A DNA stretch of 59,588 bases from a virus (lineage: Duplodnaviria; Caudoviricetes). The translations under genes were made by a program, and so were the position numbers. Of the stretch, positions 36,289 through 45,359 are shown piece by piece. The notes under the pieces are model-generated. The model was not told the origin of the DNA and made no database searches. It worked only from the letters and a program-made list of their open reading frames with translations. Numbering within the stretch: the stretch's first letter is position 1; each line of letters starts with the position of its first letter. The stretch is taken from the IMG/VR virus record IMGVR_UViG_3300021403_000011, positions 1 to 59,588 of that record. One strand, given 5' to 3'.

Positions 36289-37455
36289 ATGATCAATCTT
36301 CTGGCTACTGGCGAGATCGTCGACGTCTATGAGGACGGTCTGTTCTGCAAGCTTTGCAACACCTTCTTGGAATGTGCCGGGACTCACTTCTCGCGAAGAC
36401 ACAACTTGCCCGTACACCGGGGGATGTCGACGATCGATCGCCTACGCGTGTATGGACTCCCCCTGGGGGCTCGCCTTTCATCCGCGAGGCTCAGGAAACA
36501 GTTCCATGACCAGGTCGACTCATCATTCACCAATGGCGGGCACCGGTTTAAAAAAGGCGACAGGACCCCGGGGAGGGTGGCGCAGATCGGGATGAAGTCA
36601 TCGACCGCGATGCTCCAGGCCAAGCGAGCGGCAGCGGTAGCGGCGGGCCGATCCAAGCATGAGAAGGCTATCGACGTCAGGACTTGTGCGCAGTGCGGGC
36701 AGAGCTTCACACGGTGTCGGGGAGAAGCCACCAAGCTCTGTAGCAGGCCGTGTTGGGAAGCGTATATCTGCGCGAAAAACAAAAGCAGAACAGGCAGGAC
36801 GTACACCCCGGAGCAGATCGCCAAGTTTACGGCAGCGGCCATTTTGCGCGAGCAACGGCGACCACCGCGCCCCCAGAGACTTTGTTCAGTGCCGGAATGC
36901 GGGTTGCCGTACCTCACCAACGGCTACTGCAATGGACACGTGGGTTGGGCCCGGAAACACAACTGGGCGGTCCCCACCCACATGCTCCGAAGAAATCACC
37001 TTGGATACAAGGGCGTGACCGAGGACCGGCGTCGAGGGACGTACGGCTATCGGGTTCGTATCGACAAAATCGACCACCATGGTTCTGGGTTTAAGTCAGC
37101 CTCCGAAGCCAATGATGCATTGGTCTTGCTCAGGGGCCGCCTGAAGGATCATCATCCGGAAGATGAAGTCCAAGCAGACCCGCAACGCGAAGACCAGGCA
37201 GGTGACCCGCCTTTACGGCCAGCGCCGCAGGGCGACGGCCGCAGGGAAGACGGGAGAGATCAAGCGCAACGAGACGGCGATCGCCCAGATCGAGTCGATG
37301 CTGCTCTACGGCGTCTCTCGGGAATCGATGGCGCGGAAGCTGAAGCGCCCGATGCGAGTCATCGACCAGCACATCGACCGGGTCAGGAAGCGCTGGGAGA
37401 AGGAGGTCGCGAATGCGCGGCAGATCTTGCGACTCCGCAAGTTGGACAGAAGTGA
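36289..37455 (+). CDS. multi-Zn-finger DNA-binding protein (MucR/Ros-like N-terminus, homing-endonuclease-type modules)
   Basis: CKLC..THF.RRH...YGLP; CAQC..CS..C; CSVPEC..GYCNGH; GYKGV AP2-like; lower GC. Confidence 0.6.
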   Translation: MINLLATGEIVDVYEDGLFCKLCNTFLECAGTHFSRRHNLPVHRGMSTIDRLRVYGLPLGARLSSARLRKQFHDQVDSSFTNGGHRFKKGDRTPGRVAQIGMKSSTAMLQAKRAAAVAAGRSKHEKAIDVRTCAQCGQSFTRCRGEATKLCSRPCWEAYICAKNKSRTGRTYTPEQIAKFTAAAILREQRRPPRPQRLCSVPECGLPYLTNGYCNGHVGWARKHNWAVPTHMLRRNHLGYKGVTEDRRRGTYGYRVRIDKIDHHGSGFKSASEANDALVLLRGRLKDHHPEDEVQADPQREDQAGDPPLRPAPQGDGRREDGRDQAQRDGDRPDRVDAALRRLSGIDGAEAEAPDASHRPAHRPGQEALGEGGRECAADLATPQVGQK

Positions 37456-37558
37456 ATTGTCCTGGGCATCCCTGACCGCAGCCGAGCTCAAGCACATCAT
37501 CGACAACGACGGTCGCCTCCCGCCCGGCGTATCCGCAGAGCTGCTCCTCCGGAAGTAG
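37163..37558 (+). CDS. HTH protein, possible terminase small subunit
   Basis: G.S...MARKL..PMRVI..HI..VRKRW; precedes MuF. Confidence 0.5.
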   Translation: MKSKQTRNAKTRQVTRLYGQRRRATAAGKTGEIKRNETAIAQIESMLLYGVSRESMARKLKRPMRVIDQHIDRVRKRWEKEVANARQILRLRKLDRSELSWASLTAAELKHIIDNDGRLPPGVSAELLLRK

Positions 37559-37567
37559 ATTGGGGGC

Positions 37568-38491
37568 ATGGCCTCCCTGATCCGCGAGATCGTCGACCTG
37601 CACCGCCGGCAGCTGTTCGGCGTCATCGAAGTTCGCGGGGTGGGACGAATGCGACGTCTTTACGCCGACGCGCGCGGCGAGCTCGAGGCCAAGCTGCGGC
37701 GCCTGACGCGGACCGGGCGGGGGGACACATTCGGGGCCCAGCACCTGCGCATGGTGCTGACCCAGGTCAGCGACACGGTCGCGACCTTCGAGAAGGACCT
37801 GGTCCACCACATGGACCAGACCGGGCGCATGGCCGGGAACCTGGCGCCGAAGCACCTGGTGTCGATGGTCGGGAAAATGGAGGAGAAGTTCGGGCACATG
37901 ACCCCGGTCATCCAGGTGGCCCAGGCCGCGGTCGTGCGCGGGGCCTACCCCGAGGTCGCGCGCACGCTGCTGGACAAGTACCGCGAGAGCGCCGCGTTCT
38001 ACGGCCCGGAGACGATGCGCGCGATCCGGACGGGGCTCTCACACTCGATCATCCAGGAGGAGACGGTCGACGAGGCGGTGGGCCGCGTGGTGGAGACCGA
38101 CGGCCTGTTCGACGCCCAGCGCTGGCGGGCGGAGCGGATCGTGCGCACCGAGATGTCGTACTCGTACCACGTGACGAACCAGCGCGGCCTCGAGCAGCTG
38201 GCGCCGTCGGTCCCGAAGCTGATGAAGCGGCTGGTGACGACCCACGATGACCGGACCGGCGAGGACTCGATCGAGCTGGACGGGCAGACGGTTCCCGTCG
38301 ATCAACCGTTCGTATGGGTCGTCAAGGACGCGCGGGGGACGCCCACCGGGAAAGTCGTCAGGTACATGAGCCCGCCGAACAGGCCGAACGATCGAGAGAC
38401 GGTCATCCCGTGGGTCCAGGGCTGGGCCGAGCCGAGCCAGGTGACCGACCTCGGCGGCGTCCGGCCGTCGGTACCGTCGGACCTCGGGTAA
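37568..38491 (+). CDS. MuF / SPP1 gp7-like minor head protein
   Basis: RAERIVRTE, DDRT, LDGQ, PF, PPNRPNDR. Confidence 0.85.
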   Translation: MASLIREIVDLHRRQLFGVIEVRGVGRMRRLYADARGELEAKLRRLTRTGRGDTFGAQHLRMVLTQVSDTVATFEKDLVHHMDQTGRMAGNLAPKHLVSMVGKMEEKFGHMTPVIQVAQAAVVRGAYPEVARTLLDKYRESAAFYGPETMRAIRTGLSHSIIQEETVDEAVGRVVETDGLFDAQRWRAERIVRTEMSYSYHVTNQRGLEQLAPSVPKLMKRLVTTHDDRTGEDSIELDGQTVPVDQPFVWVVKDARGTPTGKVVRYMSPPNRPNDRETVIPWVQGWAEPSQVTDLGGVRPSVPSDLG

Positions 38492-38578
38492 TATCCCGGG
38501 TGTCATGGCAAGGCAGGGCGGGGTTAGGAGAGGTAAGGCAAGGCGGTGGGATCTCACTCCTCTAAAAGGAGCGAGATC
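38489..38578 (+). repeat. TAATAT + (GGNNN)8 array + hairpin element (copy 2)
   Basis: GGCAA GGCAG GGCGG GGTTA GGAGA GGTAA GGCAA GGCGG 38507-38546; hairpin 38550-38578. Confidence 0.75.
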
Positions 38579-38593
38579 AGTTTCCGTGCCCCG

Positions 38594-38623
38594 TTGACAG
38601 CGCGCGGGCGGCGGCCTCATCCT
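38594..38623 (+). promoter_or_regulatory. sigma70-like leaderless promoter
   Basis: TTGACA-18-CATCCT-7-ATG. Confidence 0.6.
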
Positions 38624-38630
38624 CGGGGTC

Positions 38631-39080
38631 ATGAACTCCGGCTATGACAAGGGCGACCTCAAGAGTTGGGCCGGCGCTGGTGACGGTGCGGCTGACCAGA
38701 GCCAGCAGAACGGTGCGGCCGACGACGGCACTGAAGGCCAGGACGGTGACCAGGACGAGGACGACGAGGGCGGCGGCCCGACCGACTGCTGCCAGATCCT
38801 GAAGGAGCTGAGCACCGACCTCGACGACAAGCTGAAGGCCCTCAAGGGCCTGACCCTCCCCGACGAGACCCCGAAGGCGTTCAAGAAGAAGTACGAGAAG
38901 TTCCAGGACGCCGTCGAGGAGCTCAAGACCGAGGCGGATGACCTCGCCGACGAGCACGAGGAGGAGCACGAGGAAGATGAGGAGTCCGACGAGGACGACG
39001 ACGAGTCGGACGACGAGGACGACGGCGGCAAGGACGACGACGGCGACGATGAGGCGGACGACGAGTCCGACGACGAGTAG
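38631..39080 (+). CDS. highly acidic protein
   Basis: Asp/Glu-rich tail, central helical hairpin. Confidence 0.7.
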   Translation: MNSGYDKGDLKSWAGAGDGAADQSQQNGAADDGTEGQDGDQDEDDEGGGPTDCCQILKELSTDLDDKLKALKGLTLPDETPKAFKKKYEKFQDAVEELKTEADDLADEHEEEHEEDEESDEDDDESDDEDDGGKDDDGDDEADDESDDE

Positions 39081-39256
39081 TGCCGCGCCCGAGTGCCATC
39101 CAGGACCCGCCCGAGCCGAGCATCCCGTTCGCTGACGAGGCGAACCCGGGGCTCGGCCGGCGCAGCGGACTGATCGAGCAGCAGCGCCGAGACAGCGGCG
39201 GGCTCGACGACAGCTCGCCCGAGAACCCGGTGCGGGACGACAACCCGATCAAGTAG
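39080..39256 (+). CDS. 58-aa acidic Pro-rich peptide 1
   Basis: Ends ENPVRDDNPIK; start overlaps upstream TAG. Confidence 0.55.
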   Translation: MPRPSAIQDPPEPSIPFADEANPGLGRRSGLIEQQRRDSGGLDDSSPENPVRDDNPIK

Positions 39257-39265
39257 GAGGCCGCC

Positions 39266-39421
39266 GTGCCCAGCCCACGAGAGATCGCGCTCCAGCAGAA
39301 CAACAAGGGGTCGTTCGAGCCCGAGCCGGACGACGACGAGCAGAACCCCAAGGCGAAGGAGCCGGACTACACCGGCAACCCGGGCGCGGCTCCCCCCGAA
39401 GAGAAGGCACCGTTCAAGTAG
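39266..39421 (+). CDS. 51-aa acidic peptide 2
   Basis: AGGAGG SD; QNNKGS..KEPD..APFK. Confidence 0.65.
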   Translation: MPSPREIALQQNNKGSFEPEPDDDEQNPKAKEPDYTGNPGAAPPEEKAPFK

Positions 39422-39433
39422 GAGGACCGTCCC

Positions 39434-39595
39434 ATGGCCGAGCAGAACGACAAGGGCAGCGACCCCAACGACGAGACCCTCCGCAAGTTCGGGGACCCGT
39501 CGAAGTCCGAGGACCACAAGGCGTTCGACCCGACGCAGATCCCGAAGGAGCCGGACCCGGTGCCCTTCAGGATCACCACCAGCGGCAACAAGTAG
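39434..39595 (+). CDS. 53-aa acidic peptide 3
   Basis: AGGAGG SD; QNDKGS..KEPDPVPF. Confidence 0.65.
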   Translation: MAEQNDKGSDPNDETLRKFGDPSKSEDHKAFDPTQIPKEPDPVPFRITTSGNK

Positions 39596-39632
39596 CCGCT
39601 CCCTCCCCAGTATCCACACGAAAGGCCGCACC

Positions 39633-39803
39633 ATGAGCACCGAAGCGAACTACGACCCGAACGAGGAGCACGAGAAGAAGGTCGGCCCCGACCACCCGAA
39701 CGTCTCGCCCGCCGACGCGTGGGGCGAGAAGCAGAACCCCGTCCGCGACACCGACGTGCCGTTCACGGGCGTCCGCGACGGCGGCACCAGCTCCGGCGGG
39801 TAA
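39633..39803 (+). CDS. 56-aa acidic peptide 4
   Basis: GAAAGG SD; QNPVRDTDVPF. Confidence 0.65.
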   Translation: MSTEANYDPNEEHEKKVGPDHPNVSPADAWGEKQNPVRDTDVPFTGVRDGGTSSGG

Positions 39804-39813
39804 CCGGACCCGC

Positions 39814-40206
39814 GTGGCGCAGTCGTCGCGGATCAAGGTCACCGGGATGGTCGCGGCGTCGCCCGCGACCTCCTCGGCGTACTCCTGCACGCTGCAGGCG
39901 CTGATGGACCTCAGCCTCTGCGCGGTCTACCAGGCCGCGAAGGGGGCCGAGCTGTCGATCGCGTCGACCGACCTCGCGCCCTACTCGGTCCCGTTCGAGA
40001 GCATCACGAAGGGCAGGTTCTTCTGCGCGCGCGTCCTCAGCGGCGCGTCGATGAAGCTGCTGATCACCACCGGGCTCGGCGTCGCGACGCTGCCGCTCTC
40101 GGACCGGTACATGATCCACAACCCGAGCGACGGGGACGAGATCACCGCGATCCAGATCGTCGGCACGGGAGACCTCGCGTACGTGCTCTCCGGCGACGTC
40201 CTGTGA
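39814..40206 (+). CDS. putative virion protein
   Basis: Head-module position, beta-rich. Confidence 0.6.
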   Translation: MAQSSRIKVTGMVAASPATSSAYSCTLQALMDLSLCAVYQAAKGAELSIASTDLAPYSVPFESITKGRFFCARVLSGASMKLLITTGLGVATLPLSDRYMIHNPSDGDEITAIQIVGTGDLAYVLSGDVL

Positions 40207-40287
40207 GCGGCCCCCTATCTTGACGGCGCTCCGCGCGCGGCGTTTCATCGTGATCGAGCGGAACGCAAACCCGACCAGGAGATCACC

Positions 40288-40689
40288 ATGAGCATCCGGA
40301 TTGAAGCGAACACCGGCCCCGAGAACCGCGCGATGGACATCTTCCGGGAGATCGGGCTCGGCGATCTCTTTGCCAAGCTGATCCTCGGTCTCACCGCGAC
40401 CGAGGCGGGCGCGACCATCACGTCGAACGTCTGCACGATGGCCAACCAGCCGGCCTACCTGTGGTCGGTGCAGGGCATCGGCGGCACCGCCGGCGAGCGG
40501 ACGATCCTGAAGGGTCCCATCACCGGCTCGCAGAAGATCACCCCGGCCCCCGGCCAGGTGGTCTGGGACGGCGGCAAGAAGCTGCTGTTCAACGTCGCGG
40601 ACGCGAACACCACGTGCGCGCTCCGCTACTCGACCGCCGCGGACACCACGCCCGGCGTCCTGGCTCGCGAGATCGGGCAGAACCCGTAA
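40288..40689 (+). CDS. putative head decoration/virion protein
   Basis: AGGAG SD; TTGACG at 40220. Confidence 0.6.
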   Translation: MSIRIEANTGPENRAMDIFREIGLGDLFAKLILGLTATEAGATITSNVCTMANQPAYLWSVQGIGGTAGERTILKGPITGSQKITPAPGQVVWDGGKKLLFNVADANTTCALRYSTAADTTPGVLAREIGQNP

Positions 40690-40778
40690 CGCCTGAACAT
40701 CCGCGCGCGCGGCGGGAATCCGCGCGCGCAGGCCGCCACCGGGGCCTTGTACTGGCGGGTACGAAAGGACCGTGACCC

Positions 40779-41597
40779 ATGGCCGACCCAGCAGCCCCCG
40801 CCCCGCAGAATCCTCCCGCCCCAGGCGCTCCCCCGGTAGCCCCAGCGGCCGCCCCACCGGCAGCGCCCGCTGCCCCCGCGCCGCGAGCGGCGGCCCCGCC
40901 GGCGCCCGCTCCCAAGAAGCCGAAGCCCGGGAACGTCGATGACATCCAGCTCGACAAGCACCCGAAGCTGCTCAAGCGGCTACGCCAGGAGGCCGCCCGC
41001 CAGGCCGCCCGCCTGGTCCAGGACAAGCTCGGCGTCTCCCTCGACGAGGCAGTGGAGCTGGTCAAGAAGGCCGGTACCGCGATCGACGCCGCGCCCGGCG
41101 GCGCTCCGCCGGCGGCGGCTCCCGCACCCGGGTCGGACCGCGAGAAGCGCTTGCTGGAGAGGCGCGTCGCCAAGCTGACCGCGCGCGTCGAGCAGTCGAA
41201 GCGCAAGGTGGTCTCGACCAAGCGCCGCGCGCGCGACGAGGTCGTCGAGCTCGAGCTGAGGCTGGAGACCCTGCGCGCCGGCATCAAGGACGACCAGGCG
41301 GACTTCGCGCTCTGGCAGTACCGCAAGGCAGTCGCTGCCGCGCCGGACGAGGCGGCGATCCCCGAGGCCTCCGCGTTCTTCGCCGGGATGAAGGCGTCGC
41401 ACCCGCAGATCTTCGCGGGCGCCGCGCCGTTGCCGCCGGTCACGCTGCGGCCGACGATGACGCCGCCCCTCAGCCTGCAGCCCGGCGAGGAGACGCCGGC
41501 GAACCGGAAGCCTGGCGACGAGCCGCCGCAGGTCGACGCGTTCAAGATGTCCGACGAGCAGTTCCGGAGGCACAAGGCGAGCTACGGCGTCCGCTAG
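40779..41597 (+). CDS. putative capsid scaffolding protein
   Basis: Pro/Ala-rich, coiled coil, directly before the capsid gene. Confidence 0.7.
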   Translation: MADPAAPAPQNPPAPGAPPVAPAAAPPAAPAAPAPRAAAPPAPAPKKPKPGNVDDIQLDKHPKLLKRLRQEAARQAARLVQDKLGVSLDEAVELVKKAGTAIDAAPGGAPPAAAPAPGSDREKRLLERRVAKLTARVEQSKRKVVSTKRRARDEVVELELRLETLRAGIKDDQADFALWQYRKAVAAAPDEAAIPEASAFFAGMKASHPQIFAGAAPLPPVTLRPTMTPPLSLQPGEETPANRKPGDEPPQVDAFKMSDEQFRRHKASYGVR

Positions 41598-41708
41598 GGG
41601 CCTTGACGGCGACGGCCGGAGTCCTGCACAGTTTTCGTCAGTACCAAGAACCCCATACCCGCCAAGAAGGAGAGCCGATCGATGAACTGACCCAACCACG
41701 AGGACCAC

Positions 41709-43094
41709 ATGGCGAACTTCCCCGACGGCTCCCTGCAGGTAACGTTCAACCCGACCGTTGCCGCGACGATCCAGGATCGCACTCTCCAGCGCGTCTACCG
41801 AGACGCCCTCTTCCCGAACCTGCTGTACCGGATGGAGGCCCAGGCGGAGATGTGGGGCGTCCACCTCGGCAGCTCCCAGACGTTCACGCGCACGGGCCTG
41901 ATGGAGGTCATCACCCGGCCGATCACGCCGAACACGGACCCGGTGCCGCTGACCTACTCGATGGAACAGTGGGACGCGACCGCGCAGCAGTGGTCCTCGG
42001 CCATCGACACGTCGATGCCGACGAGCTACCTGGCGCTGGCGTCGCAGTACCTGCGCAACGTCCACCAGCTCGGCATGCAGTCGGGCCAGTCGATCAACCG
42101 CATCGTCCGCGACAAGGGCTACAACGCCTACGTCGCCGGCAACTCGGTGGTCGACGCCGCCGCGGTCTCGACTGCGACCACGGTCCACGTCGCGAACCTG
42201 ACCGGGTTCACGTCGCAGCTGCTGAACGGCCGCCAGTCGGCGGTCAGCGCGTCGAACCCGATCGGGATCACCATCCCGGCCCAGGCCGGCGGCGCGTACG
42301 TCGGCCAGGTCACCGCGTTCACCCCGGATACGGTCGGCGACCCGATCCACGGCGGGACGCTGACCATCACCCCGGCGCTCACGGGCAACGTCGCGGCGCG
42401 CTCGGCGATCTTCACCGACAAGCACTCGGAGATCGTCTACTCCGGCGGCGGCGTCTCCATCGACGACATCGACGCGAGCGACCAGTTCGCGGTGCGCGAC
42501 ATCCGCACGGCGATCGCGAAGCTGCGGTTCAACAACGTGCCGCCGCACGACGACAGCCTGTACCACTGGCACCTCGACCCGCAGTCGGAGATGCAGATCT
42601 TCGCGGACAACGAGTTCCAGCGCCTGAACCAGTCGCTGCCGGACTACGTCCACTACCGCCGGTTCGCCATGGGCATTTTCGGCCAGGGCGTGTTCTACCG
42701 GAACAACGAGGCGCCCAACTCGCAGACCTGCAACCCGAACGTCGTGCGGGGCAACACGCACGGCTTCGAGCTGACCAACGGCGCGAGCATCGACATCCGC
42801 CGACCGATGTGCACGGGCATGGGCTGGATCGAGGAGAAGTACCTCGACGAGTCGCAGTTCATCTCGCAGGCCGGCGTGATGGGGAAGATCGGCGAGTTCG
42901 CGATCACCAACACCGGCGTGCAGGTGGTGACCGAGCGCATCCGCCTCATCATGCGGGCGCCGATGGACGCGCTCCAGCAGGTCACGACCGCGACCTGGTC
43001 GTTCAGCGGCGACTTTCCGGTCCCGTCGGACGAGCTCGGCCCGGGGTCGAAGGCGACCTTCAAGCGCGCCGTCATCGTCGCGCACGCGGCATAA
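41709..43094 (+). CDS. major capsid protein
   Basis: 461 aa, strong codon bias, own TTGACG-type promoter (41603), followed by terminator, between scaffold and neck genes. Confidence 0.8.
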   Translation: MANFPDGSLQVTFNPTVAATIQDRTLQRVYRDALFPNLLYRMEAQAEMWGVHLGSSQTFTRTGLMEVITRPITPNTDPVPLTYSMEQWDATAQQWSSAIDTSMPTSYLALASQYLRNVHQLGMQSGQSINRIVRDKGYNAYVAGNSVVDAAAVSTATTVHVANLTGFTSQLLNGRQSAVSASNPIGITIPAQAGGAYVGQVTAFTPDTVGDPIHGGTLTITPALTGNVAARSAIFTDKHSEIVYSGGGVSIDDIDASDQFAVRDIRTAIAKLRFNNVPPHDDSLYHWHLDPQSEMQIFADNEFQRLNQSLPDYVHYRRFAMGIFGQGVFYRNNEAPNSQTCNPNVVRGNTHGFELTNGASIDIRRPMCTGMGWIEEKYLDESQFISQAGVMGKIGEFAITNTGVQVVTERIRLIMRAPMDALQQVTTATWSFSGDFPVPSDELGPGSKATFKRAVIVAHAA

Positions 43095-43112
43095 GCCGCC
43101 GAAGGGCTACTA

Positions 43113-43156
43113 ATTAAAAAGGGCCGGTCCGGGGAAACCCGGGCCGGCCCTTTAAT
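43113..43156. terminator. bidirectional intrinsic terminator
   Basis: ATTAAAAAGGGCCGGTCCGGG-GAAA-CCCGGGCCGGCCCTTTAAT between convergent genes. Confidence 0.85.
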
Positions 43157-43171
43157 CGTGCCCCGTGAGCG

Positions 43172-43543
43172 CTAGGTGGCGGGCGTGGTCGCCGGGTCAG
43201 TCGTCGCCGGCGGCGTGGCGGGAGCGCCCGGGTCGGTCGCGGTCGGCGCCGCCGGGGTATTCGCGACGACCGCGGCCTGCAGCTCGGCGTTCGAGGCGCC
43301 GACCTGGGCGGCCAGGTCGTCGAGCGCGGCCTGGGTCGCCGGGTCGGCGCCGGGGACGGCCGCCTTGATCAGGTCGGGGATGCTGTTCAACAGCTTGACT
43401 GCGCCGTCGACGACGGTCTTCTCGGCGGCGACGGCGTCGATGATCTTCTGGAGCTGTACGGTTGCCATGCGGGTCTCCTGGATGAGGGTTTGCACCTGGA
43501 TGGTGAGTCCGTCCAGGGCCTGTCGGGTCTTGCGTCCGAACAT
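43172..43543 (-). CDS. coiled-coil hypothetical protein
   Basis: ATG 6 nt after TACCTT on - strand; L..AV.ANTP. Confidence 0.65.
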   Translation of the reverse strand: MFGRKTRQALDGLTIQVQTLIQETRMATVQLQKIIDAVAAEKTVVDGAVKLLNSIPDLIKAAVPGADPATQAALDDLAAQVGASNAELQAAVVANTPAAPTATDPGAPATPPATTDPATTPAT

Positions 43544-43560
43544 GCCGCCAAGGTAGTGGC

Positions 43561-43932
43561 TTGACGGCAGCGAGCGCAAGCGCCAACCTGGCGACAGATG
43601 GACTTCGTCACCGAGCTGCGCGTTTCAGGACGCGCCGGCGCGCGCCGGGCCGAGAGCCCGCGCACAGGTGGTCCTGGTCCGTCGATCTCTTTGGACACTT
43701 CGGTGTCCACTGGACCACTTCGGTGGTCTCGAGACGCTTCGGCGTCTCAAATTCCCGGTTTGCTACATGCGCCCGGCTTCGTGCCGCAAGCGCTGCGCTC
43801 GCTGGGGCCCGAGGATACGATTCGCGCTACCGCTACGGATCAGCGTCCGGCTCGTCCGGAAGAGATCTGAGACGTCGCTTGGCTCCGGCCGGGTTTCGTC
43901 TACTTGCGCGAATCAGCCCACGGGTTTGTCTT
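43561..43932 (+). ncRNA. candidate structured non-coding RNA
   Basis: Three tandem C(UUCG)G hairpins, several long-range complements, no convincing ORF. Confidence 0.5.
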
Positions 43933-43961
43933 CTGGTAGCATGACCGTGGAGGATCACCCC

Positions 43962-44246
43962 ATGGCAAACGTCCCATCCCTGAGCCCAGAGACCCCCGCC
44001 GCCCCGCAGAAGGCCAAGCCGAAAGCCCCGGCCGCGGAGATGAAGTGGTACCGCGTGATGTCGGCCAGCCAGCGCATCCCGCGCGCGCAGGGCGACTACC
44101 AGCTCAATCGAGGTAAGGTCATCAACTCGGCGAACTTCGACATCCAGTTGATCCAGAACCTGGGCGTCGAGCTCAAGGAGGTCGAGGAGCCCGGCTGGCA
44201 CAGGGCGAAGCAGGGCGCGCCAACCGACGGCGCCGACGCGGCGTAG
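43962..44246 (+). CDS. hypothetical protein
   Basis: GGAGG SD; TAGCAT at 43937. Confidence 0.65.
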   Translation: MANVPSLSPETPAAPQKAKPKAPAAEMKWYRVMSASQRIPRAQGDYQLNRGKVINSANFDIQLIQNLGVELKEVEEPGWHRAKQGAPTDGADAA

Positions 44247-44290
44247 CCCCCCATCTTGCGCGGGGCCCGCGCGGCGGGCATCCTCGATCC

Positions 44291-44713
44291 GTGGCCGAGA
44301 ACAACGCCGTCCTGTCCGAGGAGGAGAAGGGCCGCATCCTCTACCACATGGGTTATGGGCTGGTTAACGTCGCCAGCCTGTTCACCCTCGGCGTCCCGGC
44401 GATCAGCCAGCCGCTCTACATCGCGGCGTCGGCGATCGAGCACATCCCGGTCTCGCGCATCCAGCTCGTGCGCGAGATCGTGGCGGTGCTGGACCGCATC
44501 GACCAGGCGGACATCGAGGACATCGACTACATCCCGGCCGAGTCTCTCGGCGAGCTGACGCTGGCGGCTGACCGGCAGGACCGGATCAAGAACAAGCGGC
44601 GCGACTGGGCGAACCGCCTCTCGGACGTCCTGACCGCCCCGCTCAACCCGTACAGCGACCGCTTCGGCGGCGGCGGGCGGCCGATGAACTTCCGCGTCGC
44701 GACCGTCCGGTAG
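44291..44713 (+). CDS. putative head-tail adaptor
   Basis: Position; LSEEEK.RI.YHMGY. Confidence 0.55.
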   Translation: MAENNAVLSEEEKGRILYHMGYGLVNVASLFTLGVPAISQPLYIAASAIEHIPVSRIQLVREIVAVLDRIDQADIEDIDYIPAESLGELTLAADRQDRIKNKRRDWANRLSDVLTAPLNPYSDRFGGGGRPMNFRVATVR

Positions 44714-44782
44714 GGGCAGGCCCACTAGGCGGCGGGATCGCGTCGGCGTAGAGTCGGAGCAACCCTACCAGGAGAACGGACC

Positions 44783-45316
44783 ATGGCACGGAACACCTCG
44801 AACCGCCTGATCGAGCAGCTCGACCCCGGATCGCATCGCGACGTCCCGAACAACGCGCCCGCGGTCGAGACCGCGAACGCGCGCGTCGACATCATCGGGC
44901 CGTTCCGACAGGTCCAGGTGGCGGCCAACCAGTCGGCCGTGGCGCTCAGCACGGGCATCTCTGGCACGGACGGTCAGCCGGGGATCATCGCGCACAGCGC
45001 GGGCAAGATCTTGGGCATGACCTACAGCTTCAACGCTGCGGTGACCGCGGGCGGCGCCACGGCAGCGCAGCTCCAAGCGACGGTCGCACCCGCCGCGACG
45101 CTGACCGCGGCAGCCCAGGGCGACGTGGTCGCCGTGGCATCACAGGCATCACCGCGCCAGGCGGCCACGATCGACCAGTCGGCAGACATCTTGTTCAACA
45201 AGGGTGATGCCATCGGCGTCAACCTCTCGACCAGCGGCACCTTCGCGCCGACCACCGTGGACGTGGACGTCTTCCTGATCGTCCGCTGGGCCGCGAGCCC
45301 CGGCGTCCCGGCCTAA
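44783..45316 (+). CDS. putative virion protein
   Basis: AGGAG SD; beta-rich. Confidence 0.6.
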   Translation: MARNTSNRLIEQLDPGSHRDVPNNAPAVETANARVDIIGPFRQVQVAANQSAVALSTGISGTDGQPGIIAHSAGKILGMTYSFNAAVTAGGATAAQLQATVAPAATLTAAAQGDVVAVASQASPRQAATIDQSADILFNKGDAIGVNLSTSGTFAPTTVDVDVFLIVRWAASPGVPA

Positions 45317-45359
45317 ACCGCGCGCGTGGCGCGCTGGGCGCGCGCCAGGGAGGCGATCG

